Shown one piece after another: positions 1 to 13,016 of a stretch of 64,000 nt of DNA. A program made the translations under genes and the position numbers. Source of the stretch: Auanema rhodensis. Lineage: Eukaryota > Animalia > Nematoda. The stretch lies in the NCBI GenBank assembly GCA_964057225.1, contig OZ059898.1, forward strand, positions 11,470,001 through 11,534,000, given 5' to 3'. Every line of letters begins with the position of its first letter. Within the stretch, counting starts at the first letter, position 1. Below the pieces are notes generated by a model. That model was not told the origin of the DNA. It did no database searches and saw nothing but the letters and a program-made list of their open reading frames with translations.

Positions 1-594
1 ATCGCTAATCGCTTGATCGTCAATCGAGTTCAATTAGATTTGTCTAATGCCTACTCAGCTATATGAAAATCGAAAGTACAAATGTCCAGCTGATGATCAA
101 GACAGAAAATGCGGCTTCAGGTCATTTTTACGAAAAAGCAGTGTATCGTCTTCAGTTTGACAGATGACAAAACCTGTTATCTATAGACGTTTGGGAAGTG
201 GCGTCAACCTATCGTAGCAAAAAGGAGAGCTGAACGGACAGAGAAAGAAGCGTCAATATCGGAATGACGTCTTAACTGTTTTCTAATGCAAAAAAACGTT
301 TAAGGTATTCAGAACTATAAGAAGGATTAGCATGAAGGCCTTATGACGATTAGATGAACTGTAAGATAAACTATTCTGAATCGCTAACTCAGTATGATGT
401 CGGATTAGAAAAGACTATTAATGAGTTCAGATAATGCATGATCTCATACTGTGCAAATCAATCTTCAAACTATTCTAACGAAAATGGTTGAATATAACCT
501 GTTTGACAGTTTTTGATAGGCTCATCAAGAAATACTTATGAATATGAATGTTTTTATCACGAGAAAAGAATATATCAAAAGATTATAAACTCAC

Positions 595-831
595 ATTGTC
601 CAATCTGAGCTAGAGCTCCTGTAGCTCCAGAAGCAGCACTAGCAGCTCCACTGCCGGCTGCTAACCCTACAAATTTATGAAAAATCGTTAACAGACAATT
701 TAAAAAACTGTGCCTCCTCCTAATCCGGACCCAAGCAATGAGGTAGCTATTTGAGCGATTTCAGCAAATTGTCCATGAACTAACGGAGTAGATGCAATGA
801 GGAACAAGAGACAGTTTAGTTGAGGCCGCAT
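595..831 (-). CDS. 5' exons of a secreted Gly/Ala-rich protein (gene continues toward or past the window start)
   Basis: ATG at 831 follows ATTTCAG. Signal peptide MRPQLNCLLFLIASTPLVHG is followed by QFAEIAQIATSLLGSGLGG. A second exon (666-595) reads GLAAGSGAASAASGATGALAQIGQ and ends in a GTGAGT donor. No downstream exon was recognised in 1-594. Confidence 0.7.
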
Positions 832-1590
832 GCCTGAAATGAAGAAAATCTGAATGATGTATGTATAGATTAAGAGAAGAATCAAAAAAGATATCCAAGT
901 CTTTTTAGAAACAAAAAGACTCAAAGAAACATAACGACGGAAGTTTTATGTTTAAAGGTTCGCTATCCGAATAATAGTCAGTACATAGCTGACCTCGAAA
1001 TTCTTTTTCGAGAATTCTCAGCTATAAAGGCTGTGATCTCAATGTCTGGAGGCTGATTAGATTTTTTAGCTGTGGAAATAGTGAGCTATGAATAGAGAAA
1101 GAATAGGAACATACAGAAAGGTGTAGAGAAATAATGAGAAAAGAGGATATGAAAGAGAATAAGCTGTAGAGAGTATATGAGAAACAAAGCTTTTTTTCTG
1201 AAATTAATGTCTGTTTGTAGAAAAGGTCACGAAGACAGTTAAGGTAATACTGGAACTAGAATGAATATATGAGCTACTACGGAACAAAACCAATTTGCAT
1301 AGTTTTCGTATCAAGAAAGAATATACAGATCATTTGTTTATGAAAATGATTGAAAAATCCGGCTTTTTATGAATTTAAACAACTGGTTGGTTTTGGCCAG
1401 CTATGGATCTCAGATGATGTTGGGCAGAACACGAAAAACCTGCTATCTAAACTGCCGATGAAGCAGAATAAGCGTTAATGTGGTAAAGCTAGAGACGAAT
1501 AAATTAATTAACAATTGAACTTATAAACACCTTATAAACATAAACGGCTTATACATGATAGTTAAAGAAATAAATTTCGAAATGAAGATG

Positions 1591-2335
1591 TTACTTGAGG
1601 AATTGGATGACATTGTGCAGCATAATGAAAACGACATAATTACCATGAACGACATTATTCACATCAAAATCAACAATAGGCTCTATAAACGGTAAAGAAG
1701 ATTCAAATAGATTCTCTAGGTAATAGAAATCCACCTCATCTAAGTACAATAGCTGAGAGATTCTGATGTGATTGACAATGGCCAATAGCTAGCCGCTACT
1801 AGCCAAGACCGTTTGTCCACTCTAGTTTCGGAACGAAATAGGCGAAGAAATAATGAGAGTCCGAGAGAAATATAGAATGATCCGGATAAGGAGGAGTCAG
1901 AGATGAAGACAGGTTTTGTTGCTTCGACAGCAATCATTAAAGCTTTAGCTTAGCATTAGTGACCAACAGCATATACAGCATAAGGAATAATATTTATAAA
2001 AAGCATGTCAATAGTGATATCAGATATATTGGAACATGCATAGATATCATAATGAACATTGCCCTATAAGCAAAGATCATCGGAATTATCTAAAAAATCA
2101 CGTTTTGGTAACCCTGAAGAAAAATCTTGAGAATGCGAATCACAGCATTCACCGATTATCGTTTCAATGCTTCTTAATTTCGTTTCGGAATAAATGGAAT
2201 ATAAGTTGATCGATCCTTCTTTATATGGTCTCAACTTTCTTATTTTTCCCTCGTCATTTGATCTTTGTAGAATTCCGTATGTAACTTCGAAGTTTTGAAT
2301 GTATCTAGGTTTAATCGAGTACTCATATAAATCTA
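1591..2335 (-). pseudogene. Degenerate or unresolved coding-like segment
   Basis: One frame runs ~2335-1740 with three stops (2064-2066, 1956-1958, 1950-1952), then overlaps a second frame (1785-1591). No family recognised and no clean splice model found. Confidence 0.25.
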
Positions 2336-3021
2336 GTCTAATGACAATTGCTAATTAATTACTTAAACAGTTTCAAAGAATTATATTATTTCTAAATCAT
2401 TGCAAACAGTTTTTTTTTGTTTGAAAAAAAGTTTTTTTTCGAAATCACACTTATCATTCGGCTTTTGCCATTCAGGATTTCGAAGAAGCTAGTGTCAAAC
2501 ATATCACTAAATGCCAGAAAAGGAAATGATAAAAGTGTTTATAGAAAATCGTTCTATGCTAGATTGATAAATGAATGTGACATTTCCAAAAAATCGTAAC
2601 ATAATTATGGGAAAAGGCATTAAACATAGATTACATACTTTGTTGTTTGGCTTAACTGGATATGCCAAACTACATTTTAGATATGTACAAGATACATACA
2701 ATAGATTTCAAAGAATAGGAGGACCAAAAGTTGTTCATTCGTTTAAAGCATTAATGATTTTATCAAAAAGAAAACTTCTTATGAGAATCTGGAAATTCTG
2801 CAAATTAATGATTTGCTTTAGAAGATATTCGGATGTATGCCATGCTGGAATTTTGAGATATGCTCAAAGAAAAGAAGATCTATTAAAGAAAAAAACAATT
2901 TATTCAAACAATACTATTTGAAAAACCCGTTAATTGGAACCATAACAAGAAAAAAACTATAAATTCAAGAAATAACCAAATTGATTTACATAACATTCGG
3001 AAGAATTACATCCAAAATAAT

Positions 3022-5463
3022 TTACACGTTGTCGAACTGTATATTCGCTGGTCTTGTAGATCTTGGAGCTAAATACCCATAACTCTCTGTAGCTCTTTCT
3101 AGCAATCCAGCAAACTTGATACATAACTTTAAAAAAATGAAATATCAGCTTGATGTTTAAAAACTGAGCAAAACCTGTCTAAACGTGGGACGTTGTCGAG
3201 GCTCGATATGCCAACAAAGATTCATAATCTCATACCTATAAATATATATCATTTGGTGTGAAAAATTGTGAAAATAGTAAAATCTTACACTTCATCGGTG
3301 CAATGGTCTGTTTGGATAAGTCGTCCACCTTTCTGTAAATGATCCAATAAATCGGTGGTTTGGACTCCACTAAATGGCACATCTCCTAGAGAAAATAATT
3401 CCCAAAGAAGGACACCATATGACCAACTGAAACAGCATCATTCAAAATAATTGATTAAGAAAATTAAACAATTACATATCACTTTTGAACGAATATTCAT
3501 ATGACTGTAAACTTTCCGGAGCCATCCACTTGAGCGGCAGTCGGCCACCCCTAGCTGTATATAGCAGGCTATCAGTTAGTCGGCAAAGCCCAAAATCAGC
3601 AATCTGAACAAAAAGACTGAAGAAATTGAAAAATAAATAAATAGAAACCTTGCATTGTTTTAAACCATCAACCAAAATATTACGTGCAGCGATATCTCGA
3701 TGAATGCAACCTACGCTATTCAAATATTCCTAGAACAAAAGCAGTTACATATAACTAATAACAGTTCAAATACCAATCCATTGCTAATTTGCCAAGAAAA
3801 TGATAACAAATCTTTTATTTTCAGAGTCTCAGTACCGTGTGGACCCTGCAAACATTGAAATAGTAAAGATATGTTTTCATATTTACAAACATCCTTAATT
3901 TCCTGACGTTTTTCTCGAATGTAATGGAGCAAATCTCCTCTTTCACAGTATTCTACAAGCAAAAGAGGAGATTTCGCATCAGCAACATAGCCTAACAGAG
4001 AAACAAGATGTGGATGATATGCCAAAGATTTCATAAAATTGATTTCCTGCATGAAGTCCGATCTAGCGATTTCATCAGCAAACGAAGGCAGCATCTTGAC
4101 AGCAACTTCGCAATCATGTAGCGCTGCTGTTCGAATACCAGGAAACACTCTTGAGACAGGAGCCTCCCCGATTATCTTTCCTGCAAAATTATTAATATGA
4201 TATTTACCGCAACAGATTTAGCATATCAAACCAAAGAACACATTACAGAAAGCACCACTTCCGAGTTTATGTTCATAATCTATAATAAGACTGGTCCTAG
4301 GTAATTCCCAGGGATCGGCTCTTAAACATGAAATTACGTTGTTGAAAATATTGACAGAGAAACAAGTTGAAAATATTGATGTAATTTACCTAACAATAGG
4401 TGGACTGTCCTCTTGCTTGACATAAGAATTTTCACTCGGAACAACAATAGGAAACAACATGTTCCTCCGTCTCTTCTACAATAAGATGTTCGAATTATAT
4501 TAATTCCCAGAATTCCAGCTTACTTTTCGACATTTTTTATACCAGCATACTATTATTATTGTAATTATGAGTAAAAATGCAAAAACGCCACATCCTATAC
4601 CAACACCTACTGAAATTTCTTAAAATAAGTCTTTTTGCCTACATGAACAGTGTTAGTTCAATAGCTCCGGATTTTATTTACATTAGAAGTTGATAAGAGA
4701 GATATTTGAAAAGAAAAGAGTTTTTACTACTTAAACAATACAAAAAATTAATTAGAAACTTACGCTTCATAGCCATATTGTTTTGATCTTCATTATTTTT
4801 TTCATTTTTATACGGATCGTAGTATGGAAGAGGAATATTGATCGGCATCGGTGTGAAGTTAAACTGAAATGGATGAATAGTTTAAGGAAGAAGAAACACA
4901 TCGGCTGGTTGTGAAAATGGGTATTGAATGATCATTAGCAAGAAAGGTCATAAGTTTAGGTATGACGGAACCCATTGATAAGCTGACTCATATCTTAACT
5001 GGACGACATATTTTTGAGTGAATAGGAAGCATAAAAGCATCGAACATGAATGGATTAATATTTACCAAATTCCTATCATGACTATTTTCTTCTGATGTTA
5101 CTTCGTGTGAACTATATTTCTATAAAAACACGGCTTTATTACGACGCAGTATCTATAGTTAGTGATCCAGTAGAAGGAAACCAAATAACATGACATTTTA
5201 TTTACGACTGTTGTCATACAAGAGAAAACACCAAAAACAGATGAAACGTTTTCTGAAATTTAATAACTTACACTGTTGGAATCAAACATTTTCGAGCTGT
5301 TGAAGAAATAATAAGGATTTGGATCATTTAGAGGGTTCTTCCCAATAATATTAGAAGTCAAATCATAGACAAGAGGTTCAATTTCTCTTCGAGTCGGTGG
5401 AGCTGCTTTTGTGGGCACATGCAACAATAACAGATAAAACACAATAGCACATATGCCTATCAT
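3022..5463 (-). CDS. Single-pass receptor tyrosine kinase, nematode-specific (KIN16-like) type
   Basis: Signal peptide MIGICAIVFYLLLLHVPTKA, short ectodomain, TM GVGIGCGVFAFLLIITIIIVCWY. Kinase motifs: DPWEL, LGSGAFC, VAVKML, HRDIAARN, DFGLCR, RLPLKWMAPES, WSYGVLLWELFSLG, CWHIEPRQRPTF. Stop at 3022-3024. Confidence 0.9.
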
Positions 5464-6150
5464 ACCTAAATGAATATTTTAATATTAAAATCATGAAACT
5501 GAGCGATTTAGTCAAGATCAGCTGTTGAACAAACATCTGATTCACAAGCTTCATCTTTTCAACAACAAAGAGATTCTCTAAACACCACAAAAAGCAAAAA
5601 TTAACCAGATAAAATAGATTAAATGCATGAATTTAGAGAAGAGCACGAAGAGGTATTCCAACTGTTAGTCTGAATGAAAGAAAACTTTATTGACATTTCT
5701 GTCCTGAGTTGATCTTCGATGAGAACAATTCTACTCTGTCTGTCTCTCATTCTGCCATCTGTACATGTCTAGTGCACAGAATATCGGTAATGTTTGCCAT
5801 TCAGATGAGCACGGTCCTCATTTGCTAGTCAGTCTAAGAAAACTAGATAATTTTCTTAAGAAGGATACCAATACGCTCTAACAATATAAATTGGTTAAGT
5901 TTTTGCTCCACGCTCAACTCTAAGGTTACAAGTAAAACAAAATGATCTGGAGACGTGATATTCATCAATATCCCTATCTTTCTTAATACACATTATAAAA
6001 CAATTAAAAAGAAAATTTCATTTCTTAAAAACATAAAACAATTTAATGATGTGACAGTGTGAAAACCAGCAAAGTGTGCGACATATAATTTATATTTCAT
6101 AAACAGTATCACTCAAGGTGTCAAGATCATGCAACCTAGGCTCCCAGTTC

Positions 6151-9100
6151 TTAAGCATCAGTCTGAAACCACCAAAAATAAATTAAGCACAAAATCAGAA
6201 CCCTCACCTGGGCATCACAGAAAACTTTATAGAATTGAGAGGCGTGTTCCTGAACTTTGAATCTAATTGTGAAAATTTCGTCTCTACCATCAGCTTCTTC
6301 GGAAAAGTCCTGGAATATAGAAGCTAAAAATTAAAAGAAAAAACAATCACCTTGCACATCCAACTGTACACATCTGGCTTATTTGGCTTAGGTCTCAATG
6401 CGGTGTCTTTAGTTATGTTAAAGTTAGCGCAGAGCTTATGAACTTGTTCTCTTCGCATAACCACTCTATATTTACCGGTTTCTGGGTTTTTTAAGATCTA
6501 AAAAAACATTTTAAAAACGGTCAATGATTTTTTTTTGCCAAACCTTAATTTCTCCAATTCCTCTTTCTTTATTTTCTTTAGTTACGGCATCGTATCTGAA
6601 CAACTTGCATCGACCATTGAATAAAATCTGAAAACTTCAACTTTTCTAATACAGTTTTGCATACGCATACCTCCTCGTTCTCTTCGCCCGTTACTACTTG
6701 AACAAGCTCTGGAAGGGGGCAAACTGGTTCGAAATCAACATTTGGCTCAAACTCTCCCTCGCCTTCACCTTCTTCGCCTCCTGATCCTTCTTCATCTTTC
6801 TTCTTGCTTAGGAAAAGCTGTAACAGGTTTTTTATACTACATGCTCTACAATAACGGTAGCCTCACCTTGCTTTTCTGCTGATTAGCAAGCTCGGCTTTA
6901 GCTTTTTCAGTATTTTCCTTAGAGAAAATTCCACCAGTACTGTTAGTAGAAGCAAAGTTAGCGAAGTTAACACCGGTGCTGAAGCCACTTCCAAAAACCT
7001 TTCCAGTAGCAGGTGTAGCAGGAGAAGCATCAGTTTTTTTCTCATTTTTCTCTTCATCCTTGGCAGCAGCTGCAGCAGCTTGGCCGAAGGAGGATGTGCC
7101 CGTGCCGAAAAGGGTTTTACCTGCAAAACTCTTGTTTATCAAATACAACAGAACAAATCTCATACCACTGTTTTTGAATGAAAACTGTACACCTGAGCTA
7201 GGACTAGCGGTAGCGGCAGCGGATGCTGCTGCTGCCGAAGCGGATACAAAAGAAAAACCACTAGCTGGGGTGCCACTAGCTGATGTAGTAGCAGCAGATT
7301 TGTTTCCGCCAAAAATTGATGGTGATGCAGAACCAGCACCGAATGGAGATGCAGCGTTAGATATTCCGGTACTACAACAAAAAACCATAAGCAATTCAAA
7401 GTAATAACCAACCCGAAAATTCCTGGCTTAGCAGCAGTTCCTGTAACGGTTCCTTCTGTGTCCTTAGCGGCAGCGGCAGCAGCTAGACCGAAAGAGAATT
7501 TGGAAGGACCCGATGGGGCGGTTGGAATAATGGACCTATAAACAGTTATCATAAACTACATTAAAATATTTACTGACTTGGGGAATGTATCTTTTCCTCC
7601 AGAACTACCATCCTTATTAACCCCACAACATGGGCAAGTGGTAACACCGGCACCGTTGCGAGTGTAACATCCACTGCAGTTCCATCTGCAATATTGCACG
7701 ATAGTCAACATATAGGAAATAATACTTACTCTCCATCTTTAAGCTTGAATTTATCTCCAAAACCTTGCTGAGGTTCAGTTTCTTTCTTCTCTGCCACTGG
7801 AGCTGGTTCCACTTTCTTTTCTACTTTCTTCTCTACTTTCTTTTCAGCTTTGGGAGTCTCTTTGGAAGGAGTTTTTACTACAAAACAACAACGATAACAT
7901 GGCGTTAGCCACATTTGATCAAAACCTGCGCAGGAAACGGCGTCATTGAACACCTTCATAAATTTATCAGCGATTTCTGGAGAAGCAAAACGAGCGCAGA
8001 ACTGTTCATGGCTTTGCTCTTCATCTGAGAAATCCATGCAATGCCATATAACAGCCTTGTCTTTCTTGGGCATTAGAGAAATAGTCATGCCACTTGACAA
8101 TTGATGATTAGCGCAAACTTTGTGAACCTATATATAAATGTTATAGCGAATAACTTTTTTGCTAACCTGCTCTCTGCGCATAACAACTCTACATTTCAAT
8201 GTTTTTGTATCCTTTAAAACCTTCATAATTCCAGTTCCACGTTCTTTCCATTCCTTGGTTTCCGCGAAACGGAAGAGTTTACATTTCTCCTCGAAAAGAA
8301 TCTTAAAAAAAAATTTTTTTTTCCAAAAACTATATTTAAAGCGTACAGTTTCTCCTTCTTCACCGGTGACAACATCAACAAGATCTGGGAGTGGAATGAC
8401 AGGTTTGAAATCTACTTGAGGTTCAAACTCTTCAACTTTATCTTCATCCTCGTGCTCAGCAGGTTTAGGAGATTCTGAAAAAAATTAATTAATATTTTTG
8501 GGAAAAATCCCTGAAAAACCTTTAACATCTTTCTTAGAACCGAAAATGTTGGATGAGAAGCTTATCGATGGAGTTCCAGTCTCAGAAGCAGGAGATTTTT
8601 CTTCCTAAAAATATAAGAAATTGAAAAAAATTTTGAATTTCACGTTACCTTCTTGATATTACTAATAGGAATAACTGGCTTAGAAGTAGTCTGGCCGAAA
8701 AGATTGGAAGTTGGTTGACTTTGACTGATGTTTCCGAAAGATATGACTGGAGTTTTAGGTGCTTCAGCTGGTTTTGAAGGAGCAGGACTAGCAGTAGAAG
8801 CCGGAACTGACACAGGTGCTTGCGCTTGAGGTAACAAAGAAATGTTTGGATTTGGTACTGTTGCTGGATTTGGAGCTGTTGCTGGTTTCGGAACTGCAAC
8901 TGGCATCGTAGTGGTAGCAATTGGGGTTGCTGGTTTAGGTGAAGCGTTAACAGGCAAACCATTACCGGCATTTCTAAAGAAAAATTGATAAAATTATAAA
9001 GTAGTGATAAAAGGTTACGTCAAAAAATTAGCAAGGGCAGGTAGCATCTGATTCTGAACATGCTGCTGCTGCATTTGCTGTTGTTGTAATTGTTGTTGTT

Positions 9101-9825
9101 GCATTTGGTGCTGCTGCATTTGCTGCTGTTGTTGCAGTACTAACATGCGTAACTAGAAGAATACAACATAAACTGATGAATTTTAACATTTTAAATTACC
9201 TGAGGATCATTCATTAGTACAGCTCTCTGTATGGCATCAGGTCCCATCATCATATTGCTTGGCATGCCAGGGAAATTCTGAAAGGTGATACTAAGTAAAA
9301 CAATTTGATAACTTATTAACTGGCTGTTGCACTTGGGAAGGTATGGCCGGAGTAGCCGCCTGTGTGGCTACACGAGGAGCTTCCTGTTTATTTTCTACTA
9401 AAGTTTTAATCAGATCAATTAGTCTGTTTATTTCTTTTTTGTGAGCATCGCGTAATTCTTCAATCTTAATGAGGAAAATATAGCGGTAACAAATTATCTA
9501 TTGAAGATTAATACCTGTCGGTCAGAGCGATCATCTGTTCTTCTCCAATCTTCTCGGAGACCTTGAATAGAAGCATTGTGTTCAAGCTAAAACAATCATA
9601 ACATAAAATATCCAGCATACGTAAACTAAAATTTTTGATACCTTTAATGACTCGAGAGCAGTTGTAACAGTTTGAATTTGATTAACAAGTTGTTGCTGAG
9701 TTTCAACAACATTGGCCACTATACGAGCCAAGGTCTAAAACATTTTTTTTTAAATTCATTGGTAATAAAAAACTTACTGGCTGTGAAGTTGAAGAAGACG
9801 ATAAACAACTATCGTTTAAGTTCAT
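6151..9825 (-). CDS. npp-9: Nucleoporin RanBP2/Nup358 homolog
   Basis: Two RanBP1-type domains (FKPVIPLPDLVDVVTGEEGE...KLFRF...EWKERGTG; FEPVCPLPELVQVVTGEENE...KLFRYD...KERGIG; VMRREQVHKLCANF) and a RanBP2 zinc finger (WNCSGCYTRNGAGVTTCPCCG). FG-rich linkers and an N-terminal coiled/Q-rich part. ATG at 9825 after TTTTCAG; TAA at 6151-6153. Confidence 0.92.
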
Positions 9826-10057
9826 GTTGTGACTGAAAAATGCTGATTTAATTATACAAACGTTAGCATAAATAGAATTATCACTATAAAATCGGAAGTA
9901 GCTGAACTTTATATCTTAACTATTATTTTCGAATTGTGGGCGTGGCCAACATTCCGCGCTTGCCAATGATGTTATTCGTATCGAGACCTATTTCTCCTTT
10001 TCTTTCGAAATTTCAAATGCTTTGAACTTGGAATAGCAGCTAATCAGAATATTCACC
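9826..10057. promoter_or_regulatory. Bidirectional promoter between npp-9 and gad-1
   Basis: Only 232 bp separate the divergent ATGs. The gap contains GGGCGTGG, an E2F-like TTCCGCGC (~9952) and CHR-like TTCGAA/TTCAAA (~10004-10017). Confidence 0.6.
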
Positions 10058-12756
10058 ATGCAGAATGAAGATAAAAATCGTGAATCTGAGAATACCAGTA
10101 GTGAGTTAAACATGTTCAGCATTTACCTTAATATTTTTTTCAGATGAAAAACCTAAAAGTAATGCAGACAAAAAAGCGAAAGTTTTTGATTTCGCTGCTA
10201 TGTTTGAAGAGAGCAAAAAAGTTTTTAAAATAATATTGTTCATTTCGTTTAATATAATGTTTAGACAGCTCTTCTCCGTAATGCCGAAGCTATAGAAAGA
10301 GCTGAGAAATTTCCAGTAAGATTTTTCTATATATATTGTTAATAATGTTACTATTTTCGGTGGAAAGTGTGTCTGCTGCTGATTCTGCTTCTGAATCTGT
10401 GTCTACATCTGCATTAGCGTCTGATAATGGTTAATTAATTTTTTTTCCGATTTTAATTTCTTTATATAGATGATGAAGATGATTTTATGCCACCTTTACC
10501 TCCAGGTTTTGTACCTGATAAGACAGTCATATCTGCGGTAAATTATTTTTTTTCTATTCTTTATTTATTTTTTATTAGAATTCGGATGATGAAGACAGTG
10601 ATTTTGAGGATTATACAGGAGAAGGAGTAAGTCTATCATTTGCCTTGTTTATATCATTAATCAATTCTAGATACCAATTGTGAAATTGATTCCCGCATCT
10701 TGTGAGGCGAATATGGCCCATGGGGATCGTCCGGTAATAGAGACGAATTTTCCTCTTTAACTTGTTTTTTTTTTCAGATATCTGCATTAAAATTCGAACC
10801 AAGTGGACAAAGGTTTGGTTCTGGAGGTGTGGACTATGCTCTAAAAGTTTTTGATTTTCAAAAAATGGATATGAGCTTAAGGCCAGATAAAGAACTTACA
10901 CCTGCTGAGTGGTAAGGTCTCCTGTTTGATGTACGATTTAAATGTTTTTTTTTTCAGCCATATTATTAATTCTGTTTCATTTTCCGCAAATGGAGAAAAT
11001 CTTCTTGTATGCAGTGGAGAAGCTATGGTTAAATTGCTAGATCGTACAGGAAAACAATGGGCCGAAACGGTTAAAGGTTTGCCGTTTCATTCGACTCTTT
11101 CATTCTGTTCTGCTTAGGAGATCAGTATCTCGTTGATATCGGAAATACTAAAGGACACACTGCTGCTGTGAATTGTGGTGTATGGAATCCCATTTCTAAA
11201 AATGAGTTTCTTACCTGCAGTGATGATGGGTATGTGAAACATAGAATTTGAACACATTTTTTGGTTTCAGAACTATTAGGTTTTGGAATTTAGACGATTA
11301 CAAAGTAATTACTAGATGTTTTAATAAGCATCTGAAGGTATTTTTTTATTTTTAAAACGTTCAATTGCTTCTATTTAAAGATTATAAAAGTGAAAAATGC
11401 TGGAGGAAAAAGAGCAATGCCTCAAACATGTTGTTATTCTCCGGACGGCAAAATGGTTGCTGCTGGTTGTGATGATGGCTCCCTGCAAATGTGGAAATAT
11501 GGAAGTTTATATGTAAGACAACAAATTCGTTTCTAGATCCTATCTTTCTTTTCAGGTTCATCCTAACTTTTTAGTGCGTAAAGCGCATAACGGTCCTGTA
11601 ACATCAATGTCTTTCTCTCATGACTCACAGAGAATAATTACAAGAGGATTAGATGATACATTAAAAGTTTGGTCTTTAAAAGATAAAACAAAACCTTTAC
11701 ATGTGATCAGCAACCTCGAAAACGCCTGGAAAAGGTGTGGAAGATTTTCAAAACTATTATTAAAAATTATTTTTTTAAGCACTGATTGCGGGTTTTCTCC
11801 AAGAGGCGAACTTTTTTATACCGGAACCTCATCCCCCAACAAGAACCTGCCTGGAAGTTTGTTGTTCTATAATTCGGAAACTTATGAATTAGTTTATAAA
11901 ATTGATTATCCAGGATTGGTAGGTTTTCAGTAGTTAAGTTTGAAGCTATTTTCAAATTATAGTCTGTACATCGTATTGATTGGCATCCAAAATTAAATCA
12001 GATCTTGGTAGGACTCAGTGATGGTACAATTAAGTATGTTTTTCATAGCACGTTTTTTCACTAATTTGTATTTTTTCCAGGCTCTACTACGACCAACAGA
12101 TGTCTGAAAAAGGAGTTCTTGGGTGTGTTACGAAGCCCATCAAGCGTAGCAGAGCATCAGAAGTCGTACGCGAGGAAATGGTGTTGTCACGTAATGTCTC
12201 TCTTCTTGTTCTTGTGAAACAAATAATATTTTCAGCGCTTACTTTGGAAATGTTCCAACCACGTGGTGAAGAAGGAGAAGAAAAAGAAGTTTCTGGATGG
12301 AGACTTCGGAAATACTTACGCATGCGCGATAACCAAATGCGACCAGAATTTCGTAAACCTGCTGATGTTCCTATGGATGGTCCTAGTGCCAACGGAAGAG
12401 GTACTTTATATTATTTGCTATTTTTACTCATCTTTATATCATTCCTAAAGTTGCTGCTTCTGGATCCACATTGCATTCTTATTTGGCTCGACAAATTGGT
12501 ACACAGCGTAACAAAGAATTCCTTCAAGATACCGACGTTCGAGCTAGTATTTTGCGTCATGCTGATGAGGTTGCTACTGAAATTAGTACTTAGCTCATGT
12601 ACCTATTCTTAGGCTGCCAAAAATCCACTCTATATTGATAAGGCTTATCGCAAGAATCAGCCCAAACCAATCTTTCAAGAAAAAACCACTGCTCCCGAAG
12701 AAGACGAGGAAGAGAAGGAGCTTCAACCTCTTTTCAAGATGCCTCGTCATGGATGA
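10058..12756 (+). CDS. gad-1: WD40-repeat protein, WDR70/GAD-1 ortholog
   Basis: Motifs [92 protein letters not shown] and [18 protein letters not shown]. Stop TGA at 12754-12756; AATAAA at ~12845. Confidence 0.92.
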
Positions 12757-13016
12757 TCTGCTTCATAAGATAAATTTTTTCGACGGGTCTTATTTCTCTG
12801 TATACGATGTTCGATACGATGTTGAGAATAATTTGCTGGAAAATAATAAATTATTTATCAAAATCTCTTACCATTACTACTAGATTGAAGAAAAAGTGAA
12901 ATTTCATGGAAAATATATTATATGATTCATTTCACTTGCAATGAAGTAAAGTAAAACGTATGAACAACTTCAGAAAACAATTCATCGAATCTCACCTTCA
13001 TTTAAAAAATAGTTGG

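Noticed and set aside
2571-2921. 116-aa plus-strand ORF
   Set aside because: AT-rich and K/I-biased, with no recognisable motif or splice context; not supportable without expression data.
5464-6150. Possible npp-9 to RTK operon (also DGAT2 to the SH3 gene, 52951-53423)
   Set aside because: The genes share a strand, but poly(A)-to-acceptor distances (about 550 and 250 nt) exceed the ~100 nt typical of SL2 operons; SL2 reads would be needed.
6976-7404. 142-aa plus-strand ORF, and similar antisense ORFs at 12087-12392 and 57005-58377
   Set aside because: These are antisense shadows of npp-9, gad-1 and tubulin exons caused by codon bias.
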